From: Longimicrobiales bacterium
GTDB taxonomy: Bacteria > Gemmatimonadota > Gemmatimonadetes > Longimicrobiales > Gaopeijiaceae
Assembly (NCBI GenBank): GCA_965218295.1
Contig: CBDCKN010000013.1
Location: 32,001 to 96,000 of the forward strand
Direction of reading: 5' to 3'
DNA length: 64,000 bases
In this document: piece by piece, positions 20,080 through 29,926 of the stretch
Layout: every line of letters starts with the position of its first letter
Numbering within the stretch: the first letter of the stretch is position 1
Program-made: the position numbers and the translations under genes
The notes under the pieces: model-generated
Database searches by the model: none
Told to the model about the DNA's origin: nothing
What the model saw: the letters and a program-made list of their open reading frames with translations, nothing else

Positions 20080-20733
20080 GTGCAGCAGCAGCGGCACCGG
20101 TACGACGCCAAGCTCGCCAGGATCCTGCGTGAGTCTTCGGCGATCTTCGCGGAGAAGGGCTACGACGGTGCCGGCATCCGGGACATCTCGGCCGCCACGG
20201 GGGTCAGCCTCTCGGGGCTGTACTACTATTTCAAGAGCAAGGAAGATCTGCTCTTCCTAATTCAGAGACATTGCTTCGACACCCTGCTCGAGCGTCTCAC
20301 GGAGGATCTCGAGGGAGTAGACGAGCCGGTGGACCGCCTCGAGGTTATCGTGAGGAACCACCTGCGCTTCTTCGCCGACAGCATGTCCGAGATGAAGGTT
20401 CTCTCTCACGAGGCGGAGGCCCTGACGGGTGAGTACCGCCGCCAGATCGCCGCCTGGAAGCGGGAGTACGTGAGTGCCGTTCAGGCGTGCGTGGATCAGG
20501 TAGCTCCCGACCGCGACCCGGCGGATCGCCGGGTGGCCACCTTCGCGCTCTTCGGGATGATGAACTGGATCTACACCTGGTACCGACCGGGAAGAGACGT
20601 CTCGGTGGATCGGCTGAGCTCCACCATACTCCAGATCTTTCTCGGGGGGGTCGGGACCCCTCATGGGGTGGAGAGCCACGCGGATCGGAGGGCGCCCGAC
20701 GGTGGGAAAACCTCCAAGCGGATGGAGCAATGA
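20080..20733 (+). CDS. TetR/AcrR family regulator (PaaR/KstR2-like)
   Basis: FAEKGY...IRDIS..GVSLSGLYYYFKSKEDLL HTH; GMMNWIYTWYRP C-terminus. Confidence 0.92.
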   Translation: MQQQRHRYDAKLARILRESSAIFAEKGYDGAGIRDISAATGVSLSGLYYYFKSKEDLLFLIQRHCFDTLLERLTEDLEGVDEPVDRLEVIVRNHLRFFADSMSEMKVLSHEAEALTGEYRRQIAAWKREYVSAVQACVDQVAPDRDPADRRVATFALFGMMNWIYTWYRPGRDVSVDRLSSTILQIFLGGVGTPHGVESHADRRAPDGGKTSKRMEQ

Positions 20734-20843
20734 TTCGAGGGAAGGTGCCGACTCGCGGCACCACTCATTGTGTTATCGTTTCTGGCTGAGCCCGAGAACC
20801 GAACGAGAACCACAGGAGAACCACAAAGGAGCCAGGATAGGAG

Positions 20844-21644
20844 ATGACGGACAAGACACTGATCCAATACGACGTTCAGGACGGCGTGGCGGTTCTCACT
20901 CTCGACGACCCGCCCGCGAACACGTACACCCACGAGATGATGGTCCAGCTCGACCAGGCCATTTTACGCGCCCGCTTCGACGAGGACGTGGAGGTGATCG
21001 TGGTCACGGGAGCAGGCGAGAAGTTTTTCTGCGCCGGAGCCAACATCCAGATGCTCTCTGAGGTCACCTCGGGCTTCAAGTACTGCTTTTGCCTCCACGC
21101 CAACGAGACGCTGAACCGCTTCGAGCACACGCCGAAGCTGGTCATCGGCGCCCTCAACGGGCACACCGTGGGCGGCGGACTGGAGATCGCCATGGCCTGC
21201 GACATCAGGGTGGCCCGTAAGGACGGGGGACAGTGCGGCCTTCCCGAGGTGGCCCTCGGCGTGCTCCCCGGCACGGGCGGTACGCAGCGGCTCGTCCGCA
21301 TCGTCGGGAAGTCGAAGGCCATCGAGCTCATGGCGGCCGGAGAGACTTTCGGCTTCGACCGGGCTCTGGAGCTGGGCCTCGTCAACCAAGTGATCGACGC
21401 CGAAGACCACGACGACTTCCAGGCGAAGGTCATGGAGTACGTGAAGCAGTTCACGACCCCTAACAAGGCCGTGAGAGCCGTCGGCAACATCAAGCGCTCC
21501 GTCCAGACCGGCTCCGAGCTGCCCTTCGAGCTGGCCTTGACTCTGGAGCGGGAGCTCCAGCAGCAGCTCTTCCAGAGCGAGGACGCCAAGGAGGGCCTGT
21601 CCGCCTACATGGAAAAGCGTAAAGCCGAGTTCACGGGCAAGTAA
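20844..21644 (+). CDS. Enoyl-CoA hydratase/isomerase
   Basis: FFCAGANI, GHTVGGGLE, GLPEV.LGVLPGTGGTQRL. Confidence 0.93.
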   Translation: MTDKTLIQYDVQDGVAVLTLDDPPANTYTHEMMVQLDQAILRARFDEDVEVIVVTGAGEKFFCAGANIQMLSEVTSGFKYCFCLHANETLNRFEHTPKLVIGALNGHTVGGGLEIAMACDIRVARKDGGQCGLPEVALGVLPGTGGTQRLVRIVGKSKAIELMAAGETFGFDRALELGLVNQVIDAEDHDDFQAKVMEYVKQFTTPNKAVRAVGNIKRSVQTGSELPFELALTLERELQQQLFQSEDAKEGLSAYMEKRKAEFTGK

Positions 21645-23101
21645 TGTCCGACGGCATGGACGGACGGCTCTGGATCGGGAACGCTAGGGTGGACGCGGCC
21701 TCGGGCCGCACCTTCGACACCCTCAATCCGGCCACGGGTGAGTCCATGGCATCCGTGGCCGAGGGCGCGGAAGCCGACATCGGGCGGGCTGTGGCGGAGG
21801 CCCGGTCGGCCCTGGTCTCCCCCGAGTGGCGGGGGATGGATGCGCACAGGCGAGCCCAGATTCTGTGGCGCCTCAGCGACCTCATCGAGGAGCACGTAGA
21901 CGAGCTCGGTGAGATGGAGACCCGGGACAACGGGAAGCCCATCTTCGAATCGCGGCAGGTGGATCTCCCCAGCGTGGTGGAGAACTTCCGTTACTTCGCC
22001 GGGCTGGCGAACAAGATCCAGGGCGAGACCATTCCGGTCAAAGGCCCGTTCCTGAACTACACCCTGCGGGAGCCGGTGGGCGTGGTGGGGTGCATCGTGC
22101 CCTGGAACTTCCCGCTCTCCCTGGCCACGTGGAAGGTGGCGCCGGCCCTGGCGTGCGGTAACACCGTCGTGCTTAAGCCGGCAGAGGAGACCCCCCTCAC
22201 CGCCCTCCGACTCGGAGAGCTGGCGGCCGAGGCGGGTCTGCCGACCGGCGTGCTGAATGTGGTTCCCGGCTTCGGTGAGACGGCGGGGGCGGCCTTGGTC
22301 AGGCATCCGGGTGTGGATGCCATCGCCTTCACCGGGTCCACCGAAGTGGGCAAGATCGTCATGCGCGAGGCCGCCGACACGCTTAAGAGGGTCTCGCTAG
22401 AGCTGGGCGGTAAGTCCCCCAATATCGTATTCGCCGACGCCGACCTGGCCGCAGCGGTTCGGGGTGCCACCACGGGCATCTTCTACGGGAAGGGAGAAGT
22501 GTGCGCGGCGGGGTCACGTGTCCTGGTAGAGCGGGCCATCTACGACGAGTTCATAGATGCGTTCGCCGCCCGGGCCGAGAAGATGACGGTGGGGGACCCC
22601 ATGGGTCCCAAGACCCGCCTCGGAGCCATCGTGTCGGAGGCGCAGCTCGAGCGGGTGCTCGGCTACATCGACGTGGGCAAGTCGGACGGGGCCCGCCTGG
22701 TGACCGGAGGCGAGCGCACCCAGGTGGATGGCCGGGGTAACTTCATCACGGCCACCGTCTTCGCGGACGTGGACGCCGACATGCAGATCGCCCAGGAGGA
22801 GATCTTCGGGCCCGTCGCCGCCGTCATCCCCTTCGATGACATGGCGGACGCCATCGAGAAGGCCAACCGCACCATCTACGGCCTGGCGGCCGGAGTGTGG
22901 ACCCGCGACGTGGGTAAGGCACATCGAGTGGCGGCGGAAGTGCAGGCCGGCACCGTCTGGGTCAACACCTACAATCAGTACGACTCCGCCTCTCCCTTCG
23001 GCGGCCTCAAGCAGAGCGGCTTCGGCCGCGACCTCGGATATCAGGCCGCCCTCGACAAGTACACCCAGACCAAGAGCGTCTGGGTTGCGCTGGATCGGTG
23101 A
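21644..23101 (+). CDS. Aldehyde dehydrogenase
   Basis: PWNFP, KPAEETP, FTGSTEVG, LELGGKSP, GEVCAAGSR, EEIFGP. Confidence 0.95.
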   Translation: MSDGMDGRLWIGNARVDAASGRTFDTLNPATGESMASVAEGAEADIGRAVAEARSALVSPEWRGMDAHRRAQILWRLSDLIEEHVDELGEMETRDNGKPIFESRQVDLPSVVENFRYFAGLANKIQGETIPVKGPFLNYTLREPVGVVGCIVPWNFPLSLATWKVAPALACGNTVVLKPAEETPLTALRLGELAAEAGLPTGVLNVVPGFGETAGAALVRHPGVDAIAFTGSTEVGKIVMREAADTLKRVSLELGGKSPNIVFADADLAAAVRGATTGIFYGKGEVCAAGSRVLVERAIYDEFIDAFAARAEKMTVGDPMGPKTRLGAIVSEAQLERVLGYIDVGKSDGARLVTGGERTQVDGRGNFITATVFADVDADMQIAQEEIFGPVAAVIPFDDMADAIEKANRTIYGLAAGVWTRDVGKAHRVAAEVQAGTVWVNTYNQYDSASPFGGLKQSGFGRDLGYQAALDKYTQTKSVWVALDR

Positions 23102-24300
23102 GCGGAGTGAAGGCGGCATGGATCATTGATGCCGTGCGCACCCCCATCGGCAGGCACGGGGGGGCGCTGGCCGGCGTCCGGCCCGACGATCTCGCGGCAC
23201 ACGCCATCCGTGCGCTCGTGGACCGGACGGGCGTGGACCCGGCGGAAGTGGACGACGTCCTCATGGGGTGTATCAACCAGGCGGGCGAGGACAATCGTAA
23301 CGTCGCCCGCATGGCGCTCCTCCTGGCCGGACTCCCCGTCAGCGTGCCAGGTGTCACGGTCAATCGACTGTGCGGCTCGGGCCTGCAGGCAGTGAACTCG
23401 GCTTTTCAGGCCATCCAGGCGGGTGAAGGAGAGATCTTCATCGCCGGCGGTGTGGAGAGCATGAGCCGCTCGCCCTTCGTGATGCTCAAGCCCGAGCACT
23501 CGTATGCCAGAGGGCATCCCCAGACTGCCGACACGGTTCTGGGGTGGCGCTTCACGAACCCGGCACTGCCCAGCCATTGGACCATCGGCCTCGGTGAGAC
23601 CGCAGAGGTGGTGGCCGAGGAGTTCGGCATCGGCCGAGACGAACAAGACGCCTTCGCCGCCGAAAGTCAGAGGCGGGCCGGAGAGGCCATGGAGGCGGGC
23701 CGCTTCGCCGCCGAGATCGCTCCGGTGGAGATTCCCCAGCGGAAGGGCGACCCGCTGGTCGTGGATCAGGACGAGCACCCGCGGCCCGGCACCACAGTTG
23801 AGGATCTTGCTCGGCTCCGTCCGGTGTTCAAGGAGGACGGCACCGTCACCGCCGGGAACGCCTCGGGGATCAACGACGGAGCCGCGGCCCTGTTGGTGGT
23901 GGAAGAGAGCCGCGCTCGGAGCCTTGGCATGGAGCCTCTGGCCCGGATCGTGGCCACGGGCGTGGCCGGGGTGGAGCCCCATCGCATGGGCATTGGGCCC
24001 GTTCCAGCGGGACGTCTTGCGTTGGAGCGTGCGGGAATGGGAGCCGGCGACCTCGACTTGGTCGAGCTCAACGAGGCCTTCGCCGCCCAGGCGCTTCCCT
24101 GCGTTAAGGAGCTCGATCTGGATCCGGCAAGGGTGAACGTGAACGGGGGGGCCATCGCCCTCGGGCATCCCGTGGGTTGCTCTGGAGCCCGCATCCTTAC
24201 AACCCTTGTGCATGAGATGTCGAGACGCGAAGCCGCCACGGGAATGGCGACGATGTGCATCGGTGTCGGGCAGGGAATCGCTACGGTAGTGTCGAAATGA
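23098..24300 (+). CDS. Thiolase (PaaJ/PcaF 3-oxoadipyl-CoA thiolase-like)
   Basis: NQAGEDNRNVARMA, NRLCGSG, NEAFA, GHPVG, MCIGVGQG. Confidence 0.93.
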   Translation: MSGVKAAWIIDAVRTPIGRHGGALAGVRPDDLAAHAIRALVDRTGVDPAEVDDVLMGCINQAGEDNRNVARMALLLAGLPVSVPGVTVNRLCGSGLQAVNSAFQAIQAGEGEIFIAGGVESMSRSPFVMLKPEHSYARGHPQTADTVLGWRFTNPALPSHWTIGLGETAEVVAEEFGIGRDEQDAFAAESQRRAGEAMEAGRFAAEIAPVEIPQRKGDPLVVDQDEHPRPGTTVEDLARLRPVFKEDGTVTAGNASGINDGAAALLVVEESRARSLGMEPLARIVATGVAGVEPHRMGIGPVPAGRLALERAGMGAGDLDLVELNEAFAAQALPCVKELDLDPARVNVNGGAIALGHPVGCSGARILTTLVHEMSRREAATGMATMCIGVGQGIATVVSK

Positions 24301-25163
24301 CGGCTCCCTTCGAGCGAGTGTCGATCCTCGGCGCGGGCACCATGGGGCATGGGATCGCACACGTGTGCGCCGCCGCCGGGATCCACACGGTGCTGTACGA
24401 CATCGATCTGGCTGCCGTGGAGGCCGGGGTGGACCGCATCCGGGCCAACCTGGACAAAGGCGTGTCCCTGGAGAAGCTCACGCCGGAGGAGCGGGACGCC
24501 ACGCTCGGTCGGATCAGGCTGAGCTCCGAGCTCGCTTACACCCTGAAGGACACCCCCCTGGTCATCGAGGCGACCCCAGAGTCCGTGGAGATCAAACTGA
24601 ATCTCTTCCGCCTCGTGGAGGAGAGGGTGGGCGAAGACACGATCTTCGCGACGAACACGTCGTCGCTGAGCATCTCCAGGCTGGCCGGCGATCTGGGGTC
24701 CCCCGAGCGTTTCGTCGGCATGCACTTCTTCAATCCGGTCCACATCATGGAGCTCGTGGAGGTGGTCACGGGTGACCAAACCTCGAGGGAGACCGCACGG
24801 CTTGCCGTGGAGTTCGTCCGCTTCATCGGCAAGGAGCCCATCGTTGTGAAGGACTCCCCGGGATTCGCCTCGTCACGGCTCGGGATCGTCCTGGGCCTCG
24901 AGGCCATCCGGATGGTAGAGGCCGGGGTGGCCAGCCCGGCGGACATCGACAAAGCCATGATGCTGGGCTATCGGCATCCAATGGGTCCCCTCAAGCTCAC
25001 CGACCTGGTCGGCCTCGACGTTCGCCTGGACATCGCCCAGTACCTACACCGTACGCTGGAGACCGAGGCCTTTCGTCCGCCGGACCTGCTCAGGAGCATG
25101 GTCGCCGAAGGCAAGCTCGGCAAAAAAACGGGCGAGGGCTTCTACCGCTGGGACAAGGAATGA
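24297..25163 (+). CDS. 3-hydroxyacyl-CoA dehydrogenase (PaaH/Hbd-like)
   Basis: GAGTMGHGIA, NTSSLSI, GMHFFNP, HPMGPL.L.DLVGLD; ATGA overlap with the thiolase stop. Confidence 0.93.
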   Translation: MTAPFERVSILGAGTMGHGIAHVCAAAGIHTVLYDIDLAAVEAGVDRIRANLDKGVSLEKLTPEERDATLGRIRLSSELAYTLKDTPLVIEATPESVEIKLNLFRLVEERVGEDTIFATNTSSLSISRLAGDLGSPERFVGMHFFNPVHIMELVEVVTGDQTSRETARLAVEFVRFIGKEPIVVKDSPGFASSRLGIVLGLEAIRMVEAGVASPADIDKAMMLGYRHPMGPLKLTDLVGLDVRLDIAQYLHRTLETEAFRPPDLLRSMVAEGKLGKKTGEGFYRWDKE

Positions 25164-25939
25164 GCGACGCACCCCTTCTCGTCGAGCGTGAAGGCGCCCT
25201 CGGTATCCTCGCGCTGAACCGCCCCGACAAGCTCAACGCGCTGAACCAGGACGTTCGTCAGCGTATAAAGGACGCGCTCCACGACCTGGCCCACGATCCG
25301 GACATCAAAGTGGCCATCATCCACGGACAGGGTGACAAAGCCTTCATCGCCGGAGCGGATGTCTCCGAATCCGCGTCACGGACGGCGGCGGAGCAGCGCG
25401 AGCTCTACCAGCACCCACGGGTATACGACGTGACGGCGGCCTTGCCCAAGCCCTTGATCGCCGCGATCCACGGATTCTGCGTCGGCGGCGGGTGCGAGCT
25501 GGCACTGGCCTGCGACGTCCGGGTGGCCGACCGGACCGCCCGGTTCAGTCAGGCCGAGATCCGCCTTGGCCTGATTCCCGGGGCGGGCGGAACCCAGCGC
25601 CTCGCCCGGCTGGTGGGAGCGGGTCAGGCCATGCGCATCGCCCTCACCGGCGACTTCATCGACGCCGAGGAGGCGTTCCGCATCGGGCTGGTGGAGTTCC
25701 TGGTCGACGACGGCCAGCACGTGGAGAAAGCCCGCGAGCTGGCCGGCCGCATGGCCCGCTGGAGCCCCGTGGCCCTGCGCCTGGTCAAGCAGTCCGTACA
25801 AGCCGCCCTCGAGACCCCCCTCTCCGCCGGGCTGGAATTGGAGCGGGAGCTCTTCCTGTCGGCCTTCGCCAGTGAGGACGGACGCGAGGGCGTGCAGGCA
25901 TTCGTGGAGAAGCGGAAGCCCGAATTCAAGGGCCGATGA
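25160..25939 (+). CDS. Enoyl-CoA hydratase (PaaF-like)
   Basis: LNRPDKLNAL, AFIAGAD, GGGCELALACD, LIPGAGGTQRL. Confidence 0.92.
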   Translation: MSDAPLLVEREGALGILALNRPDKLNALNQDVRQRIKDALHDLAHDPDIKVAIIHGQGDKAFIAGADVSESASRTAAEQRELYQHPRVYDVTAALPKPLIAAIHGFCVGGGCELALACDVRVADRTARFSQAEIRLGLIPGAGGTQRLARLVGAGQAMRIALTGDFIDAEEAFRIGLVEFLVDDGQHVEKARELAGRMARWSPVALRLVKQSVQAALETPLSAGLELERELFLSAFASEDGREGVQAFVEKRKPEFKGR

Positions 25940-25964
25940 AGCGCCCACCCCTGGAGTCACCCTC

Positions 25965-26342
25965 ATGAGCGACGACAAGTCACCTCGAGACGGCGATCCG
26001 GCGCCCCACGCCGAGCTGGACGTGCTTCGGGACCGCATCATGGAGCTGGACGACGAGATCATCCGGCTCATCGGCGAGCGCCGCACGCTCGCCATGGAGA
26101 TCGGTCGCGTGAAGCAGGAGCTCGGCCTACCCGTCCTGGATCCCGCCCGAGAAGCCCGGGTCGTACGCCGCGTCGCGGAAAGGGCTCGGGAGCGGGGCGT
26201 GGATCCGGAACTCGCCCGGGACGTGATCTGGCGGATCATCTCCGCCGCCCGGCAAGCCCAGAGTGGAGAGCCGTCCCGGGGCGCGTCGCCCGGTACCGCG
26301 GACTCGACGGACTCCACGGACTCGACGGACTCGACGGACTAG
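25965..26342 (+). CDS. AroQ-type chorismate mutase domain protein
   Basis: LDVLRDRI.ELDDEIIRLIGERR...IGRVKQELGLPVLDPARE; STD repeat tail. Confidence 0.85.
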   Translation: MSDDKSPRDGDPAPHAELDVLRDRIMELDDEIIRLIGERRTLAMEIGRVKQELGLPVLDPAREARVVRRVAERARERGVDPELARDVIWRIISAARQAQSGEPSRGASPGTADSTDSTDSTDSTD

Positions 26343-26369
26343 CCCACCGGCCTCACTAGCCCACGGGCG

Positions 26370-27368
26370 TCAGTCGTCGGCGCGGCGGACACGGCGATCG
26401 GTCATCCCCAGGGTCGCCACTACCTGATGGACGGCGCCGACGGGGACCCGGAGGGGATAAGCCGCGCCCGGAGGCGTCACGCCCCGGATGAGCTGAGGGT
26501 TCAGCTCGTACATGCGCTCCGTCGACACACTCACAGACTCCGCGACATCCCGGAGTCCCGTTCCCCCCGGCGTCCAGACGATATCGTAGACATACGGCTC
26601 CGCGCGGGTGACCTCGAAGCCGTACTTCGAGGCGTAGCGCGCCAGATAGGTGGCCGCCAGGAGCTTCGGCACGTATTGGGCCGTCTCGGGCGGTAGGTGG
26701 TCCACGATCTCCCAGTACAGGCTCTCGTCCCCGACCCGCCCGCCGGCATGCCGGATGAGCGCGCGGGATACACGGGTCGGACCCGCGTTGTATGCCGCAG
26801 CCGCCAGGTACCTGGAGCCGTAGCGCTGGTGCAGCTCGTTCAGGTAGTCCAGCGCCGCGTCGGTAGCCCGCACCGGGTCGCGTCGCTCGTCCACGTACGA
26901 GTCGATCCGGAGCCCGTACGCCCGGGCCGTGGGGCTCATGAACTGCCAGACTCCTAGTGCGGAGACGTAGGATCGAGCGCTCGGAACGAACCCGGACTCG
27001 ATCATGGCCACGTAGATCAGCTCCTCGGGCATTCCTCGTTCGCGGAGCTTAGCCGTGATCATGTCCGAGTAGAGACCCTCCCTCGAGAGAAGCTCCTCGA
27101 AGGCCGACCTCTCCTCGGTGACGAACCGCCGCGTCCAGAACTCGACGCGCTCGTTCACCTGCAACGGCAACTGGGCCGATGCCAGCTCCCGCTCCATGTC
27201 GGCCAGTACGACTGGAATGACGTCGTCGCTCAACCAGCCGGAGTCGGTGGGCGGGTCATCGCCGTCGGTCACTGCCCAGCCGGCCGCTAGGAACGCCAGC
27301 GACAAGGCCGGCGCCACACCACGAACGACTCGCCGCGGCCATCTATAGTATTTCTTCACGGAGTACAT
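26370..27368 (-). CDS. MltD-like lytic transglycosylase with a C-terminal LysM-like region
   Basis: IESGF, A.GVWQFM..TA, DERRDP..AT.AA, AAYNAG, ETAQYVPK, LNPQL. Confidence 0.9.
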   Translation of the reverse strand: MYSVKKYYRWPRRVVRGVAPALSLAFLAAGWAVTDGDDPPTDSGWLSDDVIPVVLADMERELASAQLPLQVNERVEFWTRRFVTEERSAFEELLSREGLYSDMITAKLRERGMPEELIYVAMIESGFVPSARSYVSALGVWQFMSPTARAYGLRIDSYVDERRDPVRATDAALDYLNELHQRYGSRYLAAAAYNAGPTRVSRALIRHAGGRVGDESLYWEIVDHLPPETAQYVPKLLAATYLARYASKYGFEVTRAEPYVYDIVWTPGGTGLRDVAESVSVSTERMYELNPQLIRGVTPPGAAYPLRVPVGAVHQVVATLGMTDRRVRRADD

Positions 27369-27497
27369 GTACCCTCCCTATTTCTTCCCTCGCACCCCTT
27401 ACGGAGCGATGCCCAAGAAAGATCCACTCCCGCCCATCCGAACCGGGTAATCGTCAGAAAAGATCTGAATTCTTTGTCTTTCGATCCGGTGTCGGGC

Positions 27498-27540
27498 ATA
27501 AAGAAAGTCCGCTCCACAGGCAGCCCCTGCGGAGCGGACT
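27498..27540 (-). terminator. Rho-independent terminator after rpmA
   Basis: AGTCCGCTCC/GGAGCGGACT stem followed by TTCTTTAT on the minus strand. Confidence 0.7.
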
Positions 27541-27560
27541 CGATAATTTTCTGCTCGGGA

Positions 27561-27815
27561 CTACTCGCCGGGGTAGACCGAAACTGCCTTACGCCGACGG
27601 TAAGTCTCGAACGTCACCACACCATCAGCAGTGGCGAACAACGTGTCGTCCCTTCCGCGAGAAACGTTACGGCCCGGGTGGAAATGCGTCCCACGCTGGC
27701 GAACGATGATGCTGCCAGCGCTGACCCATTGCCCGCCGAATCGCTTTACGCCGAGCCGCTTCGAATTGCTGTCGCGGCCGTTCCGGCTCGAGCCTACGCC
27801 CTTCTTATGCGCCAT
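27561..27815 (-). CDS. rpmA: 50S ribosomal protein L27
   Basis: [24 protein letters not shown]. Confidence 0.98.
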   Translation of the reverse strand: MAHKKGVGSSRNGRDSNSKRLGVKRFGGQWVSAGSIIVRQRGTHFHPGRNVSRGRDDTLFATADGVVTFETYRRRKAVSVYPGE

Positions 27816-27853
27816 GAGATGTCCCTCGGAGAATCGCCCCGGGTGTCGGTTCG

Positions 27854-28165
27854 CTAAAGCTTGATGTCGGCGATCCGAATCTCGGTGAACTTCTGCCGAT
27901 GTCCCTGCTTCCTGCGGTAGCCTTTCCTGCGCTTCCGCTTGAACACGATGATCTTCTTGTCCCTGCCGTGACGGAGCACCTCGGCGGTCACCTTGGCGCC
28001 ACTTACGGTGGGCTGACCAACGGATACCGCATCGCCGTCCGAGGCGAGCAGAACCTCGTCGAAGGAGATGGTGCTTCCCTCCTCCGCCTCCAGGGAAGGA
28101 ATCCGGAGCTTTACGCCCGGTTCCGCCCGGAACTGCTTACCACCCGTCTGGAAAACCGCGTACAT
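27854..28165 (-). CDS. rplU: 50S ribosomal protein L21
   Basis: [11 protein letters not shown]...[16 protein letters not shown]. Confidence 0.98.
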   Translation of the reverse strand: MYAVFQTGGKQFRAEPGVKLRIPSLEAEEGSTISFDEVLLASDGDAVSVGQPTVSGAKVTAEVLRHGRDKKIIVFKRKRRKGYRRKQGHRQKFTEIRIADIKL

Positions 28166-28251
28166 GCTGTACCTCGATGGCCGTGCGAACTCGTCCAATA
28201 GAGCCTAAAAGTTTCATGGAAGTCCGGAGTCGGGTCAAGACGTGGCGACGC

Positions 28252-29775
28252 TCATGCGGCGGCGTATCGGGCCGTGACGTCCGTCTCCGCGGCGCCCGAG
28301 AGGATCCGGAACTCATCCTCTCTGAGCAGCGGATCGTCCGTCATGTCCAGCGACAGCTTGGTATGTCGTCCCAGTCTCCGTAGGAAGTCCGGCTCGTCCT
28401 CGAGAATTCGCAGGGTCACTTCGGGATGCATCCGGATCAGGATCTCCCGCTCCTTGCCCTTGGCGGAAACTCTCCTGAGACTCCTCTCGATCTGGCGGAC
28501 CACGGTTGCCGGAGTGTAGACGCGGCCCCCGCCGTCGCAGTGATCACAGGTCTTGGTGAGGGAGTTGAAGAGAGACGGACGGACCCGCTGCCGTGTCATC
28601 TCCACCAATCCCAATCCCGAGACCTCGAAGGCCTTGGTGCGGGCACGATCGCGCCCCAGGTGAGTCCTCAGCTCCTGAAGGACACGATCGCGATTCTGCT
28701 GTGACTCCATGTCGATGAAGTCGCACACGATGATGCCCCCTATGTCCCGCAGCCGGAGCTGACGGGCGATCTCTTTCGCGGCGTCCAGGTTGGTCGTGAG
28801 GATGGTGCGCTCGGGGTCCTTCTTCCCCTTGTAGCGCCCCGTATTGACGTCGATAGACACGAGCGCCTCGGTGGGCTCGATGATGATGTAGCCGCCGGAG
28901 GGCATGATCACCTTCTTCTCGAACGCCACCTGGATCTCTTCTTCGATCCCGTGCTTGTCGAAGAGCGAGACCGGGTCCGAATAGAGCCGGACACGGTCCT
29001 TCAGGTCGGGCGCCACGCTCTTCACGTATTGGAGGATCTCGTTGTAGATCGCTTTGTTGTCCACGGTGATCGACTCGAAGCGATTGCTGAAGAGGTCTCG
29101 AATCACCCCGCTGATGAGCTTCGCCTCACGGTGCAGGAGCGCCGGAGCCTTGGCGCCTTCCCTCTTCTTGAGGATCTTCTTCCAGTTCGCGCTGAGGCGC
29201 TTGAACTCCTTCCTGAAGGTGTCCTCGTTGAGCTCCTCGCTCACGGTTCGGACGATGATGCCCCCGCTGTTCTCGGGTAGGATGCCCTTGGCGAGCTTGC
29301 GCAGCCGCGAGCGCTCGTCCCGATCCTCGATCTTCCGGCTGACGCCCACGTGGGACGAGCCGGGCATGTAGACGAGGAATCGACCTGGCAGCGAGATCTC
29401 GGCGGTCACGCGAGGTCCCTTGGTACTGATGGGCTCCTTGTTGACCTGTACGACGATCTGCTGGCCCTTCTTTATGAGGTCCTGAATGGGAGGATACTTC
29501 TTCGGGCGGCGCCGTCTTCCTCCTCCACCGTCTCCCTCGTCGTCGTCACCCGTGTCGAGGTCGGCGACGTGGAGGAATCCCGCCTTGTCCGTTCCGATAT
29601 CGACGAAAGCGGCCTGAATGTCGGGCAGAACCGCCTCGACCTTGCCCAGATAGATGTCTCCGAGCAGACGCCCTTGATCGGGCCGGTCGAACATCAACTC
29701 GACCAACTGCTCGTCTTCCATGAGCGCCACCCACGATTCGTGGGCTGTGGCGCTCACGAGGATTTCTCTCCTCAA
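28252..29775 (-). CDS. rng: Ribonuclease E/G family (RNase G length)
   Basis: S1 domain AAFVDIG, KEPISTKGPR, IDVNTG, LRLRDIGGIIVCDFIDM, CxxC. Confidence 0.95.
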   Translation of the reverse strand: MRREILVSATAHESWVALMEDEQLVELMFDRPDQGRLLGDIYLGKVEAVLPDIQAAFVDIGTDKAGFLHVADLDTGDDDEGDGGGGRRRRPKKYPPIQDLIKKGQQIVVQVNKEPISTKGPRVTAEISLPGRFLVYMPGSSHVGVSRKIEDRDERSRLRKLAKGILPENSGGIIVRTVSEELNEDTFRKEFKRLSANWKKILKKREGAKAPALLHREAKLISGVIRDLFSNRFESITVDNKAIYNEILQYVKSVAPDLKDRVRLYSDPVSLFDKHGIEEEIQVAFEKKVIMPSGGYIIIEPTEALVSIDVNTGRYKGKKDPERTILTTNLDAAKEIARQLRLRDIGGIIVCDFIDMESQQNRDRVLQELRTHLGRDRARTKAFEVSGLGLVEMTRQRVRPSLFNSLTKTCDHCDGGGRVYTPATVVRQIERSLRRVSAKGKEREILIRMHPEVTLRILEDEPDFLRRLGRHTKLSLDMTDDPLLREDEFRILSGAAETDVTARYAAA

Positions 29776-29926
29776 TGTATTTCTCCTTGGTCGGCTACTC
29801 GTGGCCGATCCCGCCGGTGCGCCCAGGCTACCCCGGCCTCGTCCCCTCCCTCGTTGCGGGGAGGAGCGAAGCCGGCCGCAGCTTGGGCCCGCGTTGGCGA
29901 GCCAGCGGCTCGAGTGAGCTTCCCTG

